A stretch of 64,000 nt of DNA from Bacteriovoracaceae bacterium (GCA_048270185.1 JBLWTJ010000003.1:64001-128000), one strand, 5' to 3'. Shown: positions 19,948 through 30,378, counted from the first letter of the stretch. Numbers and translations: made by a program. The notes: a model not told the origin generated them from the sequence alone.

Positions 19948-22143
19948 ATGACAACTTCAAGTGTTACTCTAAAAATTTCAGGCATGAGTTGCGCCAGTTG
20001 TGCCGCAACGATTGAAAAAGAAGTAGCAAAGATTGAAGGCGTTTCTTCAAGTGCTGTTAATTATGCAGTGGAATCGGGGAAATTTGAAGTTAATGATAAG
20101 TCTTTAATTGATACAATTGAGAAGCGAATTGATGAGCTTGGTTATCACGCAAGTCATGGGGATGAAGTCGATCATGATGTACGAGATAAAGAAGATACAA
20201 AAAAAATAAAATCTAATTTTAATCTCTTCGTCATTGCTATTATCCTTGCGGTTATTATCTTTCTCTTAGAAATGGGACCACTTAAAGGTCTGCCAACTCC
20301 ACGTAGTAATTGGTATCTACAATTAATCTTGGCCTTGCCTATCTGGGGATGGATTGGTTTTAAATTCCAGAAATCTCTTTGGAGCTTTATTCGTACTGGT
20401 CGCTCTGATATGAATACCCTCATCGGACTTGGTACTACTGCGGCATTTCTATATAGTGTCTTTGTAACAATTTTCCCGACTGCAAGTACATCTCTGGGAT
20501 TGACTCAAAGAGTATACTTTGAAGCAGTTGGCTTTATTATTTCCTTTGTTTTTCTTGGACAATACTTTGAGGATAAGGCCAAGAGAAAGACAACACAGGC
20601 CTTGAATGCACTCTTTAAATTATCGGCCAAGAATGCACTTGTTTTAAGAGACGGTGAATTTCGAGAAATTTCACTCTCACAAGTTGTTCGTGGTGATATT
20701 ATCAGAGTAAAGGCCGGCGAGAAATTCCCGGTGGACGGAGATATCACAAAGGGCTCTAGCGCTATTGATGAAGCAATGATTTCAGGAGAGCCTCTGCCTG
20801 TCAAAAAATCAGTTTCAGACAAGGTCTTTGCTGGAACAATAAATGGTGATAGCGCAATTGAATATAAGGCCACAAAAGTTGGTGGCGATACATTCCTAGC
20901 TCAAATTATTCAATTTGTTGAAGATGCACAGGCCTCAAAGCCTGCGATTCAAAAATATGCTGATCGAATCAGCTCAATATTTACTCCTATCGTAATTGTC
21001 GTTGCAATTATTACTTTCACTGCATGGTTCTTTATTGGTCCTGAACCTATCTGGGGAAATTCTATCTCTAACTTTATTGCTGTCCTTGTTATTGCTTGCC
21101 CATGTGCTCTCGGCCTTGCAACACCTACTGCCGTTGTTGTGGCGACGGGAAGGGCATCTTTAAAAGGACTTCTTATTGGTGGTGGTGAAGTGATAGAGAA
21201 GGCCACTGATATCAATACGATCGTCTTTGACAAAACTGGAACGATTACAGTTGGAAAACCAACAATTATTGAAGCACTCTATGATGGAGACGAAAATGAT
21301 ATCTTAACTAAGCTTGCTTCAATCGAGAGTTTTTCAGAACACCCTCTTGCTAAAGCTGTTATTAAGCTAGCAAATGACAAAGGTTTAACTCTTCTCGAAC
21401 CGGATTCATTTGAAGTGGTGAAGGGAAAGGGGATCATTGCAGAAGTCGATGATGAAGAATTTCTAGTTGGAAATAAAAGATTGTTAGATGATCATCAGAT
21501 AGAATTGAGTACAAAATTAATTTCACATAAGGTTGGAAGTACAATATTTGTGAGCTCAAAACAAAAACATATTGCAACACTTGTCGTTGGAGATGAAATT
21601 AAAGCTTCTTCAAAAGACGCCATCGAGCACTTTCACAAGCTAGGTATTGAGACGTGGATGATCACTGGAGATAACCACGCTGTAGCTGAAGCTGTTGCAA
21701 AAGAGCTTGGAATTGATCATGTTCTTTCGGAAGCACTTCCTCTTGATAAGGCCGCTCAAGTAGAAAAACTTCAGGCCCAAGGAAAGAAAGTTGCCATGAT
21801 TGGTGATGGAGTTAACGATGCGCCTGCCCTTGCTAAAGCTAACCTTTCACTTGCTATGGGAACTGGTACAGATGTGGCCATGAACGCCTCAGATGTGACT
21901 ATTGTTAACGGTGACTTGGCCAAGGCTTGTGACTTTATTGAATTATCAATTGGAACGATGAAGATTATAAAACAGAATCTCTTTCTTTCAATGATCTATA
22001 ATACTATTTTAATTCCTGTTGCAGCAGGTGTACTTGTTGTCTTTGGGGGACCGATGATGCCTCCTGTTCTTGCTAGTGTGGCAATGGGGTTAAGTAGTAT
22101 TTCAGTTGTATCTAATAGTTTAAGAATAAGGAAATTAGTATGA
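19948..22143 (+). CDS. copA: Cu(I)-translocating P1B-type ATPase
   Basis: GMSCASC, CPCALGLATP, DKTGT, SEHP, GDGVNDAP, YN, MGLSS. Confidence 0.96.
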   Translation: MTTSSVTLKISGMSCASCAATIEKEVAKIEGVSSSAVNYAVESGKFEVNDKSLIDTIEKRIDELGYHASHGDEVDHDVRDKEDTKKIKSNFNLFVIAIILAVIIFLLEMGPLKGLPTPRSNWYLQLILALPIWGWIGFKFQKSLWSFIRTGRSDMNTLIGLGTTAAFLYSVFVTIFPTASTSLGLTQRVYFEAVGFIISFVFLGQYFEDKAKRKTTQALNALFKLSAKNALVLRDGEFREISLSQVVRGDIIRVKAGEKFPVDGDITKGSSAIDEAMISGEPLPVKKSVSDKVFAGTINGDSAIEYKATKVGGDTFLAQIIQFVEDAQASKPAIQKYADRISSIFTPIVIVVAIITFTAWFFIGPEPIWGNSISNFIAVLVIACPCALGLATPTAVVVATGRASLKGLLIGGGEVIEKATDINTIVFDKTGTITVGKPTIIEALYDGDENDILTKLASIESFSEHPLAKAVIKLANDKGLTLLEPDSFEVVKGKGIIAEVDDEEFLVGNKRLLDDHQIELSTKLISHKVGSTIFVSSKQKHIATLVVGDEIKASSKDAIEHFHKLGIETWMITGDNHAVAEAVAKELGIDHVLSEALPLDKAAQVEKLQAQGKKVAMIGDGVNDAPALAKANLSLAMGTGTDVAMNASDVTIVNGDLAKACDFIELSIGTMKIIKQNLFLSMIYNTILIPVAAGVLVVFGGPMMPPVLASVAMGLSSISVVSNSLRIRKLV

Positions 22144-22421
22144 GTAAACACCCAGACCACAAAGCAACCTTAACTAGAGTCAACCGAATTGAAGGACAAG
22201 TCGGTGGTATCAAGAGAATGATTGAAGATGGTAAATACTGTGTGGATATTCTCACGCAAATTAAATCAATTAGAAGTGCTTTAAAAGGGTTAGAGCTTGT
22301 CATTTTAGAATCACACTTAAATAGCTGTGTTATTAATGCAATTGATTCAGGTTCAAAAAAAGATAGCCAGAAGAAAATTGATGAGATCATGGAATTACTA
22401 AAGAAATCAGCAAAGTCATAG
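22140..22421 (+). CDS. csoR: CsoR-family copper-sensing repressor
   Basis: RIEGQVGGIKRM; YC...H...C ligand fingerprint. Confidence 0.92.
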   Translation: MSKHPDHKATLTRVNRIEGQVGGIKRMIEDGKYCVDILTQIKSIRSALKGLELVILESHLNSCVINAIDSGSKKDSQKKIDEIMELLKKSAKS

Positions 22422-22430
22422 GATGCGATT

Positions 22431-23633
22431 ATGAAAAGTTTACTACTATGCTTTATTACAGCGTCTGCCTTTGCTCTAAACTTTACTGAAGCCGTTGATA
22501 TCCTAAAAAAACACGATAGTGTCCAGGCCATCAAAGGAAGTGCAAAATCAGTTCTTGAATCTTCCAAGCAGAAAAGTTCTTGGGGGGATCCAATGTTTAA
22601 ACTTGCTGCTAAGAATTTTCCTGTTGATACCCTAAAATATGATCAAACTCCTATGACTGGAGTTGAAGTAGGAATCGCGCAAAAAATAGCTCTTTCAAAT
22701 CGATATGGAAAAATGGGGGAGAGCTTAAGTGCCGAAGCTAATTCCTTAAATTTTAGTGCTCTTGATTATGAACAAGCACTCGTTAAGCTTCTATGGTCCA
22801 ATATCATTGAGAATGAGAAAGTAAAAACAGAACTTGAAATCCTTGAAGAGAACTTAAAGTGGATCAATGGAATCCTAAGAGTGAGTAAAAAGCTGTACTC
22901 AAATGGGAAAATCACACAACAAGCACTTCTTGATATTCAAATTAGAAAATCAGAAATAGAAAGTGAATTAAGTAATAAGAAATATGAGCTTCGTCAGAAT
23001 AAATCACAATTAACTTACCTCATTGGTGAAGAAGCCAAGAATTTTAATTATAAGAGTGCTCCATGGAAGTTATTAGATCAGTCTTCTAAGGAAGAAACTA
23101 ATGATAATCGACTTAAAGCACTTGTAGCGGGAAAAAAGGCCAGTGATTTAAGTGTTGAGCAAGCGGATCTTGCTTATATCCCAGATATTACGATATCTCT
23201 AGGTTACACAATGCGCTCTGACGACGTTGATAAGAATGGTGACTTTGTCGGTGCTCAGATAACATTCCCAATTCCTGTCTCGGATAATACATCTGGAGCA
23301 AAGGGGGCGGCCATCGCTAAGAGTTATTCTGCCACTAGAAAATTGGAAGATTATAAGTTAAAGAAGAAGCGTGACCTCAGTATTATTAAAGATGATATTG
23401 AAAAACTAAAAGCTGAACTTTCAATCATAGCGACAAAGTCAGTTAGCTTTGCTCGCAACTCGCGTTCAATTACTTCAAAATCCTATGGACGCGGTAATAG
23501 CTCTTATATTGAATTATTACAAAGTGAACTTCGTCTACAAAATATCTTACTCAAGAAAATAATGCTAACAGCTCAACTTGCCATGAAGAAAGTTGATTAT
23601 AAATATACTCTTGGAGAGTCGTTATATGAATAA
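22431..23633 (+). CDS. TolC/CusC-like outer-membrane efflux protein
   Basis: Signal peptide; coiled-coil repeats; PDITISLGY...ITFPIP; precedes MFP and RND genes. Confidence 0.82.
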   Translation: MKSLLLCFITASAFALNFTEAVDILKKHDSVQAIKGSAKSVLESSKQKSSWGDPMFKLAAKNFPVDTLKYDQTPMTGVEVGIAQKIALSNRYGKMGESLSAEANSLNFSALDYEQALVKLLWSNIIENEKVKTELEILEENLKWINGILRVSKKLYSNGKITQQALLDIQIRKSEIESELSNKKYELRQNKSQLTYLIGEEAKNFNYKSAPWKLLDQSSKEETNDNRLKALVAGKKASDLSVEQADLAYIPDITISLGYTMRSDDVDKNGDFVGAQITFPIPVSDNTSGAKGAAIAKSYSATRKLEDYKLKKKRDLSIIKDDIEKLKAELSIIATKSVSFARNSRSITSKSYGRGNSSYIELLQSELRLQNILLKKIMLTAQLAMKKVDYKYTLGESLYE

Positions 23634-24978
23634 ACTTCTACCAATTTTCCTCTTATCTCTCTTTGTTTTGATCTCGTCTTGCCAATCGGCTAAAGAGGAA
23701 GTGACAACACAGACCAAAGCAGGAGTTAAGTCATACTATACATGTTCAATGCACCCACAAATCCGTGAAGATAAGCCAGGGAAATGTCCTATTTGCCATA
23801 TGAACCTAACGAAGGTTGAAGTGGAAGAAGGTGGTGATGAGGCAAAACATGATCATCAACAAGTAGTAAAGGATTTATGGCAATGTAAGGATTTCCCTGA
23901 TGTGACTAGTGAGAAGGATGATACATGCCCGATTGATGGGACACCAATGATTAAGGTCTCACATAGTAAGGTTGAAGCAAGTAAGGTTGTAGCAAAGGTA
24001 AAACTAAGAAAATCTCAAATGAGTCACTTTACTCCTTCGTATTTTCCTGTGACACCGATGAAGATGACAAAGAAGATTCGCTTACTTGGCCAAGTTTATC
24101 AATCTGAAGAGAAGGAGAGCAATATTCCTGCTCGTATTGATGGCCGAGTTGAAAAAGTTTACGTGAAATCAACTGGTAGCTTCGTTAGAGCAGGAGATCC
24201 TGTTGTCGATATCTATAGTCCAAAGTTAATTTCAGCAGGTGAAGAATATATTCTTGCTCGTAATACTTACCGTAAGAGTAAGAATCCTGAATTTAGAGAA
24301 CTCTATAAACAAAGTCAGGAAAGGCTTGAATTATGGGGCATAAAGAAATCTCAGTATGAGTCTTGGGTCAAAAATGGTCAGGTTCCAAATAAAATTACAA
24401 TCTTCTCACCTGCAACAGGAATTGTTAGAAAGAGAAACGCTACAGTCGGGACATACTTTAAAGAAGGTCAGAACTTCTTTGAGCTATCAAATCTAAGTGA
24501 TGTTTGGGTCGAATTAGACGTTTATGAACAAGATTCGGCCCTTGTTGAAATGGGGCAAAATGTAGAACTTGAATTTATTGCTCTGCCTGGAAAGAAAGTT
24601 CAAGGAGAAATTGATTTTGTAAGCCCTGTTCTTGATCAGCAATCAAGAACTCTTAAGGTTCGTGCAACGATAAAAAATGAGGAAGGTAAGCTTAAGCCTG
24701 GAATGGTTGCTAATGCGGAAATTACTTTTAACTTAGAAGGATTACCACTGGTTATTCCACGCTCGGCGGTTATTGATACAGGTAAGAGAAAAGTTGCGTG
24801 GGTAAAGATAAGCTCTAGTGAATTTAAATCAATTGTTATTCAAACTGGACATGAGTCGGAAGGCTACGTTGAAGTTTTAGCAGGTCTTAAGGAAGGGGAT
24901 GAAGTGGTAATTGAAGGAAATTTTCTTCTTGATGCTCAAGCGCAACTCTTTGGTGGCTACGAGGATATGAATGATTAA
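23626..24978 (+). CDS. cusB: CusB-type membrane fusion lipoprotein with heavy-metal-binding domains; start 23626
   Basis: Lipobox ISSC; YTCSMHP...CPICHM; SPATG, RTLKVR, LKPGM. Confidence 0.9.
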   Translation: MNKLLPIFLLSLFVLISSCQSAKEEVTTQTKAGVKSYYTCSMHPQIREDKPGKCPICHMNLTKVEVEEGGDEAKHDHQQVVKDLWQCKDFPDVTSEKDDTCPIDGTPMIKVSHSKVEASKVVAKVKLRKSQMSHFTPSYFPVTPMKMTKKIRLLGQVYQSEEKESNIPARIDGRVEKVYVKSTGSFVRAGDPVVDIYSPKLISAGEEYILARNTYRKSKNPEFRELYKQSQERLELWGIKKSQYESWVKNGQVPNKITIFSPATGIVRKRNATVGTYFKEGQNFFELSNLSDVWVELDVYEQDSALVEMGQNVELEFIALPGKKVQGEIDFVSPVLDQQSRTLKVRATIKNEEGKLKPGMVANAEITFNLEGLPLVIPRSAVIDTGKRKVAWVKISSSEFKSIVIQTGHESEGYVEVLAGLKEGDEVVIEGNFLLDAQAQLFGGYEDMND

Positions 24979-27900
24979 GAATCTTATTGAATTATCTATT
25001 CGCAATCGTGTTACTGTTGTTCTCTTATTCTTACTGATTGCACTCTTATCAGTTTTTAGTTTAAAAACTGCACGAATCGATGCAATTCCAGATATAGGTG
25101 AAAATCAGCAAATCGTCTTCACTGATTGGCCTGGCCGATCACCAAAGGATATCGAAGAGCAAATTACTTATCCTTTAAGTGTTATGCTACAGGGGATACC
25201 TGGCGTTAAGAATATTCGCGGGACATCTGCTTTTGGTTTTTCTACAATTTATGTCATCTTTAATGATGATATCGACTTTTATTGGTCTCGTTCACGAGTC
25301 CTAGAGAAGCTAACGAGTGCTCGAAATGAACTTCCAACAGGTGTTAATCCTTCGATGGGGCCAGATGCAACAGGGCTAGGTCAAGTGTATATGTATACGC
25401 TTGAGAATACAGCTAATAGTGCTAAGCCATTATCTCTTGAAGAATTAAGAACTCTGCAAGACTTCTATGTACGCTATCTTCTTCAGAGTGTTGAAGGGGT
25501 AAGTGAAGTTGCAAGCATTGGCGGCTTTGTTAAAGAATATCAAATTGATGTGGATCCAAATAAGCTCATCGCATACGACACTCATTTAACGGCCATTATT
25601 TCGGCCATTCAAAATAGCAATATCGATGTGGGTGCTGAAGTTATTGAAGACGGAGACCGTGAATTCGTTGTTCGTGGAAAGGGCTTCTTTAAGTCCATTG
25701 CAGATATTGAAAATGTTGTCGTCGCTGTTAAGAATAAGACTCCAATTCGCATTAAGGATATAGCCTCAGTTGGCATGGGGCCTGCCTTTAGGAGAGGGGC
25801 CCTCGATAAGAATGGTGAAGAAGCTGTCGGCGGAATCGTTACCATGCGTTTCGGAGAGAACCCGAAAGTTGTAATTGATAATGTTAAGGCTAAGTTAGAT
25901 AGTATAAGACAAGGTCTTCCAAAAGATGTCGAACTTGTCAGTTTCTATGATCGTACAGAGGTAATTGAAAGAACAATTGGAACAGTTTATTCTGCACTCT
26001 TTCAAGAGATCATTATTACAGTTGTCGTTATCCTCTTATTTTTACTACACTTTAAATCTTCAATTCTTGTCTCGCTAACTCTACCTTTTGGGGTTGGGAT
26101 TAGTTTTATCTTAATGAAGTTTCTAGGCATTGATTCAAATGTAATGAGCTTATCTGGACTTGTTATTGCCATTGGTTCAATGGTTGATATGGGTATTATC
26201 ATGACTGAGAATATCTATTCAAGTCTAGCCGAAGAAGGACGTGAATTATCAAAATCAGAAAGAATTCAAACAATTATTAAAGCTGCTAGAGAAGTAGGAC
26301 CTGCGATTCTTACGGCCGTTTCTACTACGATTGTTACTTTTCTACCTGTTTTTGGCCTAGAAGGGAGTGAGGGGAAATTATTTGGACCTCTTGCATGGGC
26401 AAAGACTCTTGCTATGTTTGGCTCAGTAGTTGTTGCTATTATTCTTGTTCCGGCCTTAAGTACTTTCTTTTTAAAAGGTGAACTTAAGCCAATTGAGAAG
26501 AATCCTGTCAGTCGTAAAATTGTTGGAACATACCAACCCGTGCTTTCTTGGTTATTAGAGCATCGAAAGTTCTTTGCTATTTTTCCTACAATAATTCTAC
26601 TTCTTGGTTTTATCTCTTATACTCAGCTAGGTAAAGAATTTATGCCTTCACTGAATGAAGGAGAAATTCTCTATATGCCAGTAACTACTGCAGATGTCGG
26701 TATGACGAAGGCCCGCGAGCTTCTTGCATACACAGATGAGATGTTAAAGGATCATCCTCTCGTTGCAAATGTCGTTGGTAAACTAGGTCGAGCAGAAACA
26801 GCTCTTGATCCAGCTCCTGTTGCGATGTTTGAAACAGTTGTAAAACTTGTACCTCAAGAGGAGTGGCCAAGTGGAATGTCGATTTACGATATTATGCAAG
26901 AGCTTGATGCTCACCTTCAGGTTCCTGGCTTGGTCAACGCTTGGTTGTTTCCTATCGAGAATCGAATTGCCATGATTTCAACTGGAATTAAAACTCAAGT
27001 AGGGGTTAAGGTTTTTGGAGATGATCTAAATAAGCTTGAAAAAATTAGTCAGGAAATAGGTAAGGTCTTAGAAGGTATTAAAGGTTCGAGTGGTGTTTAT
27101 GCTCAGCAAATAACAGGAAAGCCTTATATTGAGTTTGACATTGATCGCGTGGCCGCTAGTCGATATGGGATTAATACCGGAACAATTAATAAGATCCTTC
27201 AAACTGCAGTTGGCGGAATGACTATCGGCCAGTTCTATGATGGAAGGAAGCGTTTTCCTATTCGCGTTCGTTATAAGAAAGAATTGCGTGATCGAATTGA
27301 TGAGTTAAAGAAAGTTCTAGTTCCAAGTCCGCTTGGACAGCATATTCCACTAGAGCAATTAGCTAGAGTTGAAATTGTGACTGGCCCTGCAATGATTCAG
27401 TCTGAAGATGGCCTTCTAAGAAATCTCGTTCTCTTAAACGTTCAGGGACGTGATCTTATTGGATTTGTTGAAGAAGCAAAGAAGGCAGTTGAAGAAAAAG
27501 TTGAATTACCTAAGGGGTATTCACTCTCTTGGGCCGGTCAATATGAGAACCAAGTACGTTCTAATAAGAGACTGATGATTCTGGTACCTATTGCTCTAAT
27601 CATTAATTTAATCATCATATACTTTGGTATCAAGAATTTAAGAAATGCTGCAATTGTTTTTAGTGCAGTTCCTATTGCATTTGCAGGAGGTCTTATATTG
27701 CTATGGATTGGTGGCTTTAATACATCTGTTGCGGTTTGGGTTGGCTTTATTGCTCTCTTTGGAATTGCCGTTGATGATGGGGTCGTGATGATGACCTATC
27801 TTCAAGAAGAATTTAAAAAGCATGCACCCACTAATTGGAGCGAGCTTAAAGAAGTCATTATAAGCGCTGGAAGTCGTAGGATTAGACCACTTGTAATGAC

Positions 27901-28087
27901 AACGACAACAACTGTTGTGGCCCTCATTCCTATCATGTGGTCAACAAGTACTGGTAGTGAAGTAATGAAGCCAATGGCCATCCCAACTCTTGGCGGTATG
28001 CTTGTTGAACTAATTACATTATTTGTTGTACCTATTACATACTCATACTTTGAACAAAAGAGAATTGAAGGAGAATCTAATGAATAA
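24971..28087 (+). CDS. cusA: CusA/CzcA heavy-metal RND efflux transporter
   Basis: DAIPDIGENQQIV, GPDATGLG, GKEFMPSLNEGEILYMP, DPAP. Confidence 0.95.
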   Translation: MIKNLIELSIRNRVTVVLLFLLIALLSVFSLKTARIDAIPDIGENQQIVFTDWPGRSPKDIEEQITYPLSVMLQGIPGVKNIRGTSAFGFSTIYVIFNDDIDFYWSRSRVLEKLTSARNELPTGVNPSMGPDATGLGQVYMYTLENTANSAKPLSLEELRTLQDFYVRYLLQSVEGVSEVASIGGFVKEYQIDVDPNKLIAYDTHLTAIISAIQNSNIDVGAEVIEDGDREFVVRGKGFFKSIADIENVVVAVKNKTPIRIKDIASVGMGPAFRRGALDKNGEEAVGGIVTMRFGENPKVVIDNVKAKLDSIRQGLPKDVELVSFYDRTEVIERTIGTVYSALFQEIIITVVVILLFLLHFKSSILVSLTLPFGVGISFILMKFLGIDSNVMSLSGLVIAIGSMVDMGIIMTENIYSSLAEEGRELSKSERIQTIIKAAREVGPAILTAVSTTIVTFLPVFGLEGSEGKLFGPLAWAKTLAMFGSVVVAIILVPALSTFFLKGELKPIEKNPVSRKIVGTYQPVLSWLLEHRKFFAIFPTIILLLGFISYTQLGKEFMPSLNEGEILYMPVTTADVGMTKARELLAYTDEMLKDHPLVANVVGKLGRAETALDPAPVAMFETVVKLVPQEEWPSGMSIYDIMQELDAHLQVPGLVNAWLFPIENRIAMISTGIKTQVGVKVFGDDLNKLEKISQEIGKVLEGIKGSSGVYAQQITGKPYIEFDIDRVAASRYGINTGTINKILQTAVGGMTIGQFYDGRKRFPIRVRYKKELRDRIDELKKVLVPSPLGQHIPLEQLARVEIVTGPAMIQSEDGLLRNLVLLNVQGRDLIGFVEEAKKAVEEKVELPKGYSLSWAGQYENQVRSNKRLMILVPIALIINLIIIYFGIKNLRNAAIVFSAVPIAFAGGLILLWIGGFNTSVAVWVGFIALFGIAVDDGVVMMTYLQEEFKKHAPTNWSELKEVIISAGSRRIRPLVMTTTTTVVALIPIMWSTSTGSEVMKPMAIPTLGGMLVELITLFVVPITYSYFEQKRIEGESNE

Positions 28088-28553
28088 AATTATTTTAATT
28101 TCACTTTTTACACTTCTAACTTTTGCTAATGAAAGAATTAGCTTAGAAGCATCTAAGAAAACTGAAATTATTAAGATGTTGGAAGTGAATGAGCAACTTC
28201 ATAGTGCTTTCTTTGATTATGATGCTAAGAAAGTTGAAGAATCGGCAAAAGCTCTATCTGAATCCATTGGTACTATCTCAACACCTGAAGTTAAGAAACT
28301 TTTAAAATACTCACAAATGAAGCTTAAGGATATAAAAGCAAGCAATAGTGAAAGTGCTAATAAGCAAAAGTATCATATCGTTTCAATGGCGCTAATTCAT
28401 ATCGTAAATAAATATGAAGTTGGTAAGTATAACGCTTATTCTTGTCCGATGGTGAAGCAGAAGTGGGTTCAAAACTCAGCTAAGCAAGATAAGGTCCACA
28501 ATCCATATGCAGCAAATATGCCTCATTGTGGACAAAAAGATACGAACTTCTAA
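28080..28553 (+). CDS. DUF3347-like periplasmic metal-binding protein; start 28080
   Basis: Signal peptide; YSCPM...W...NPY..MPHCG motif typical of cus-associated proteins; RBS GGAG. Confidence 0.75.
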   Translation: MNKIILISLFTLLTFANERISLEASKKTEIIKMLEVNEQLHSAFFDYDAKKVEESAKALSESIGTISTPEVKKLLKYSQMKLKDIKASNSESANKQKYHIVSMALIHIVNKYEVGKYNAYSCPMVKQKWVQNSAKQDKVHNPYAANMPHCGQKDTNF

Positions 28554-29066
28554 TTACTTCAAATAATCTGTTACGGCCGCTCCAAATATGCTTGGGAAGG
28601 CGATGATCACAGTACGCTTAAAAGCAAGAGTTGGATCGGTCATGACAGGGAATTTATCAATAAGAAAGAGAATAAAGACAACACTTGAAGTTGTAATCAA
28701 ATAGATGGCAAAGATTCTCTTGATAAACTCAGCGACATTTCCCTTAAGCTTAAATCGGTAGAAGTTAAAGTAGACAAAACAAGTCACGATAACGATTGAA
28801 GATGCCAGTAGGTAATAAATATTATCAAATTTTAGTGAAACACTTAAATTCCAAACTTCTTCAGTAAAGCAAAGAGGTGAGGCAACGAGAAAGGCCCCAA
28901 CAAAGATCTGTGAAATATCACGTAAGCGAAGCTCAACCATAAGAGGGTTGATAACATGGCCCATAGGTTTTCCTGAATCATCGAGGAAGGTAACAACTTC
29001 TTTTAAGTAGCCATTGATACGCTTGATTTCTGTATGAGTGTTTTTTAAGCCTTTGAATACGTCCAT
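28554..29066 (-). CDS. DUF2391-like integral membrane protein
   Basis: RDISQIFVGA, TEEVWNL, FPSIFGAAVTD. Confidence 0.75.
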   Translation of the reverse strand: MDVFKGLKNTHTEIKRINGYLKEVVTFLDDSGKPMGHVINPLMVELRLRDISQIFVGAFLVASPLCFTEEVWNLSVSLKFDNIYYLLASSIVIVTCFVYFNFYRFKLKGNVAEFIKRIFAIYLITTSSVVFILFLIDKFPVMTDPTLAFKRTVIIAFPSIFGAAVTDYLK

Positions 29067-29099
29067 AGTAAAATTATAGAGTTGTTTTGGAATTTAGGC

Positions 29100-29125
29100 A
29101 AAAAAAAAGGCCCGATAAACGGGCC
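29100..29125 (-). terminator. Intrinsic terminator of the 29145..30041 gene
   Basis: GGCCCG/CGGGCC stem with an A9 run on + (U-tract on -). Confidence 0.8.
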
Positions 29126-29144
29126 CCTTATATCTTAACTTTTA

Positions 29145-30041
29145 TTAGAATAAGTTAATTGTTGCAGAGAATCCAATATTAGTTTTCTTAACATCTGCAT
29201 CATCAGCTAAGAATTGGATATTTGGGTAAAGGTAGATATCTCTTGATACAGAAATTCCGATACCGATAGATTGATACTCGTATCTTCTCTTAAGGTCTGA
29301 GTTACTTGCTCCTCTAACTCTTCTATAGTTAAAGTAACCAAATACAGTTCTGAAAGAGAAAGTATCATTGAAAGTATACTCAAGCATTGGATATAGTCCA
29401 AGAGAGAAACGTGTAAGGCCACTGGCCACTGGAGTTTCATCTTTGTACATATAGTAGCTATAATCTACAACACCACCAAGAGTAAGACCTGTCTTACCAA
29501 TATTGGCCATCATATATTGTTGAAGAGTTGCAACACCGCTAATTTCAGCATCTTTGTATGAGTCAGAAGTCCCAAAAGTATAAGTTGCAGATGAGATTGT
29601 TTGGAAAACACCAACTTTGTAAACTCTTGAGTAACTTAGGTATGGATCTGGAACATCAGAGTCTGGGTTACTGAATGGCTTTGTAGCACCCATTCCAGCT
29701 CCAAAAGAGATAGAGTCATTCTTAGTGAAGCGGTAGCGACCTGAAACATCAAGTCCTAGGTAAGTCGCAGTTTCAACTTCTGGGTCACCCGAGATATTTG
29801 GTCTTTCATCACCGAATGGGTCATCAAGAGCACCACCGTTGTAACCAAGTCCAATACTCATACTTAGTGGAGACTTTGAACCTGACTCAGCTCTCATTCT
29901 CGCGTTCGTAATTTCATTATCGATGTCATTTTTCTTTTCTGTTGAGCTCTTCTTTGTTTCTTGTGCATGAACACTTGTCATTGCAAGAGTGAGAAGTAGC
30001 ATCAACGTTTTTGCGCTTTTAAAATTCATTTTCATAATCAC
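29145..30041 (-). CDS. Outer-membrane beta-barrel protein of unknown function, paralogue of 38659..39600
   Basis: Signal peptide; amphipathic strands; C-terminal Phe; YNGGALD..ERPNI and RDI...PNI.F.A.D blocks shared with 38659. Confidence 0.7.
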   Translation of the reverse strand: MIMKMNFKSAKTLMLLLTLAMTSVHAQETKKSSTEKKNDIDNEITNARMRAESGSKSPLSMSIGLGYNGGALDDPFGDERPNISGDPEVETATYLGLDVSGRYRFTKNDSISFGAGMGATKPFSNPDSDVPDPYLSYSRVYKVGVFQTISSATYTFGTSDSYKDAEISGVATLQQYMMANIGKTGLTLGGVVDYSYYMYKDETPVASGLTRFSLGLYPMLEYTFNDTFSFRTVFGYFNYRRVRGASNSDLKRRYEYQSIGIGISVSRDIYLYPNIQFLADDADVKKTNIGFSATINLF

Positions 30042-30360
30042 TCCATGTGTAAATATTCTGAGCCAATATTGTCTTAACTATTAGATGAAAGAGCAAATTT
30101 TTTCTTAAGTTTTAAGTACTTTCAACAAAAGGTATTTTTGCTTTATGCGATATTGTTTACTCCTTAAATGATAGTGGGTGGATTATTAAATTTTTTTAAA
30201 ATTAAGAATGAACTTTTTGTAGCTGAAGTACGTGAAGTCATTTTGTGGGCAATAGTGTTTTATTCATTATATTTATATTCTAATTTTCATTGATGATTAT
30301 TAATAAGTAGATAGTTAGGTTGTTTAACGATGTTAATATAAGTTACAGGTGCAGTATTAA

Positions 30361-30378
30361 AGTTTGACTTATCAAACT
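30361..30378. promoter_or_regulatory. Palindromic operator candidate AGTTTGA-CTTA-TCAAACT overlapping a TTGACT -35 element
   Basis: Perfect 7-4-7 inverted repeat; TTGACT-17 nt-TATTTA promoter geometry; twin of 7237-7252. Confidence 0.6.
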
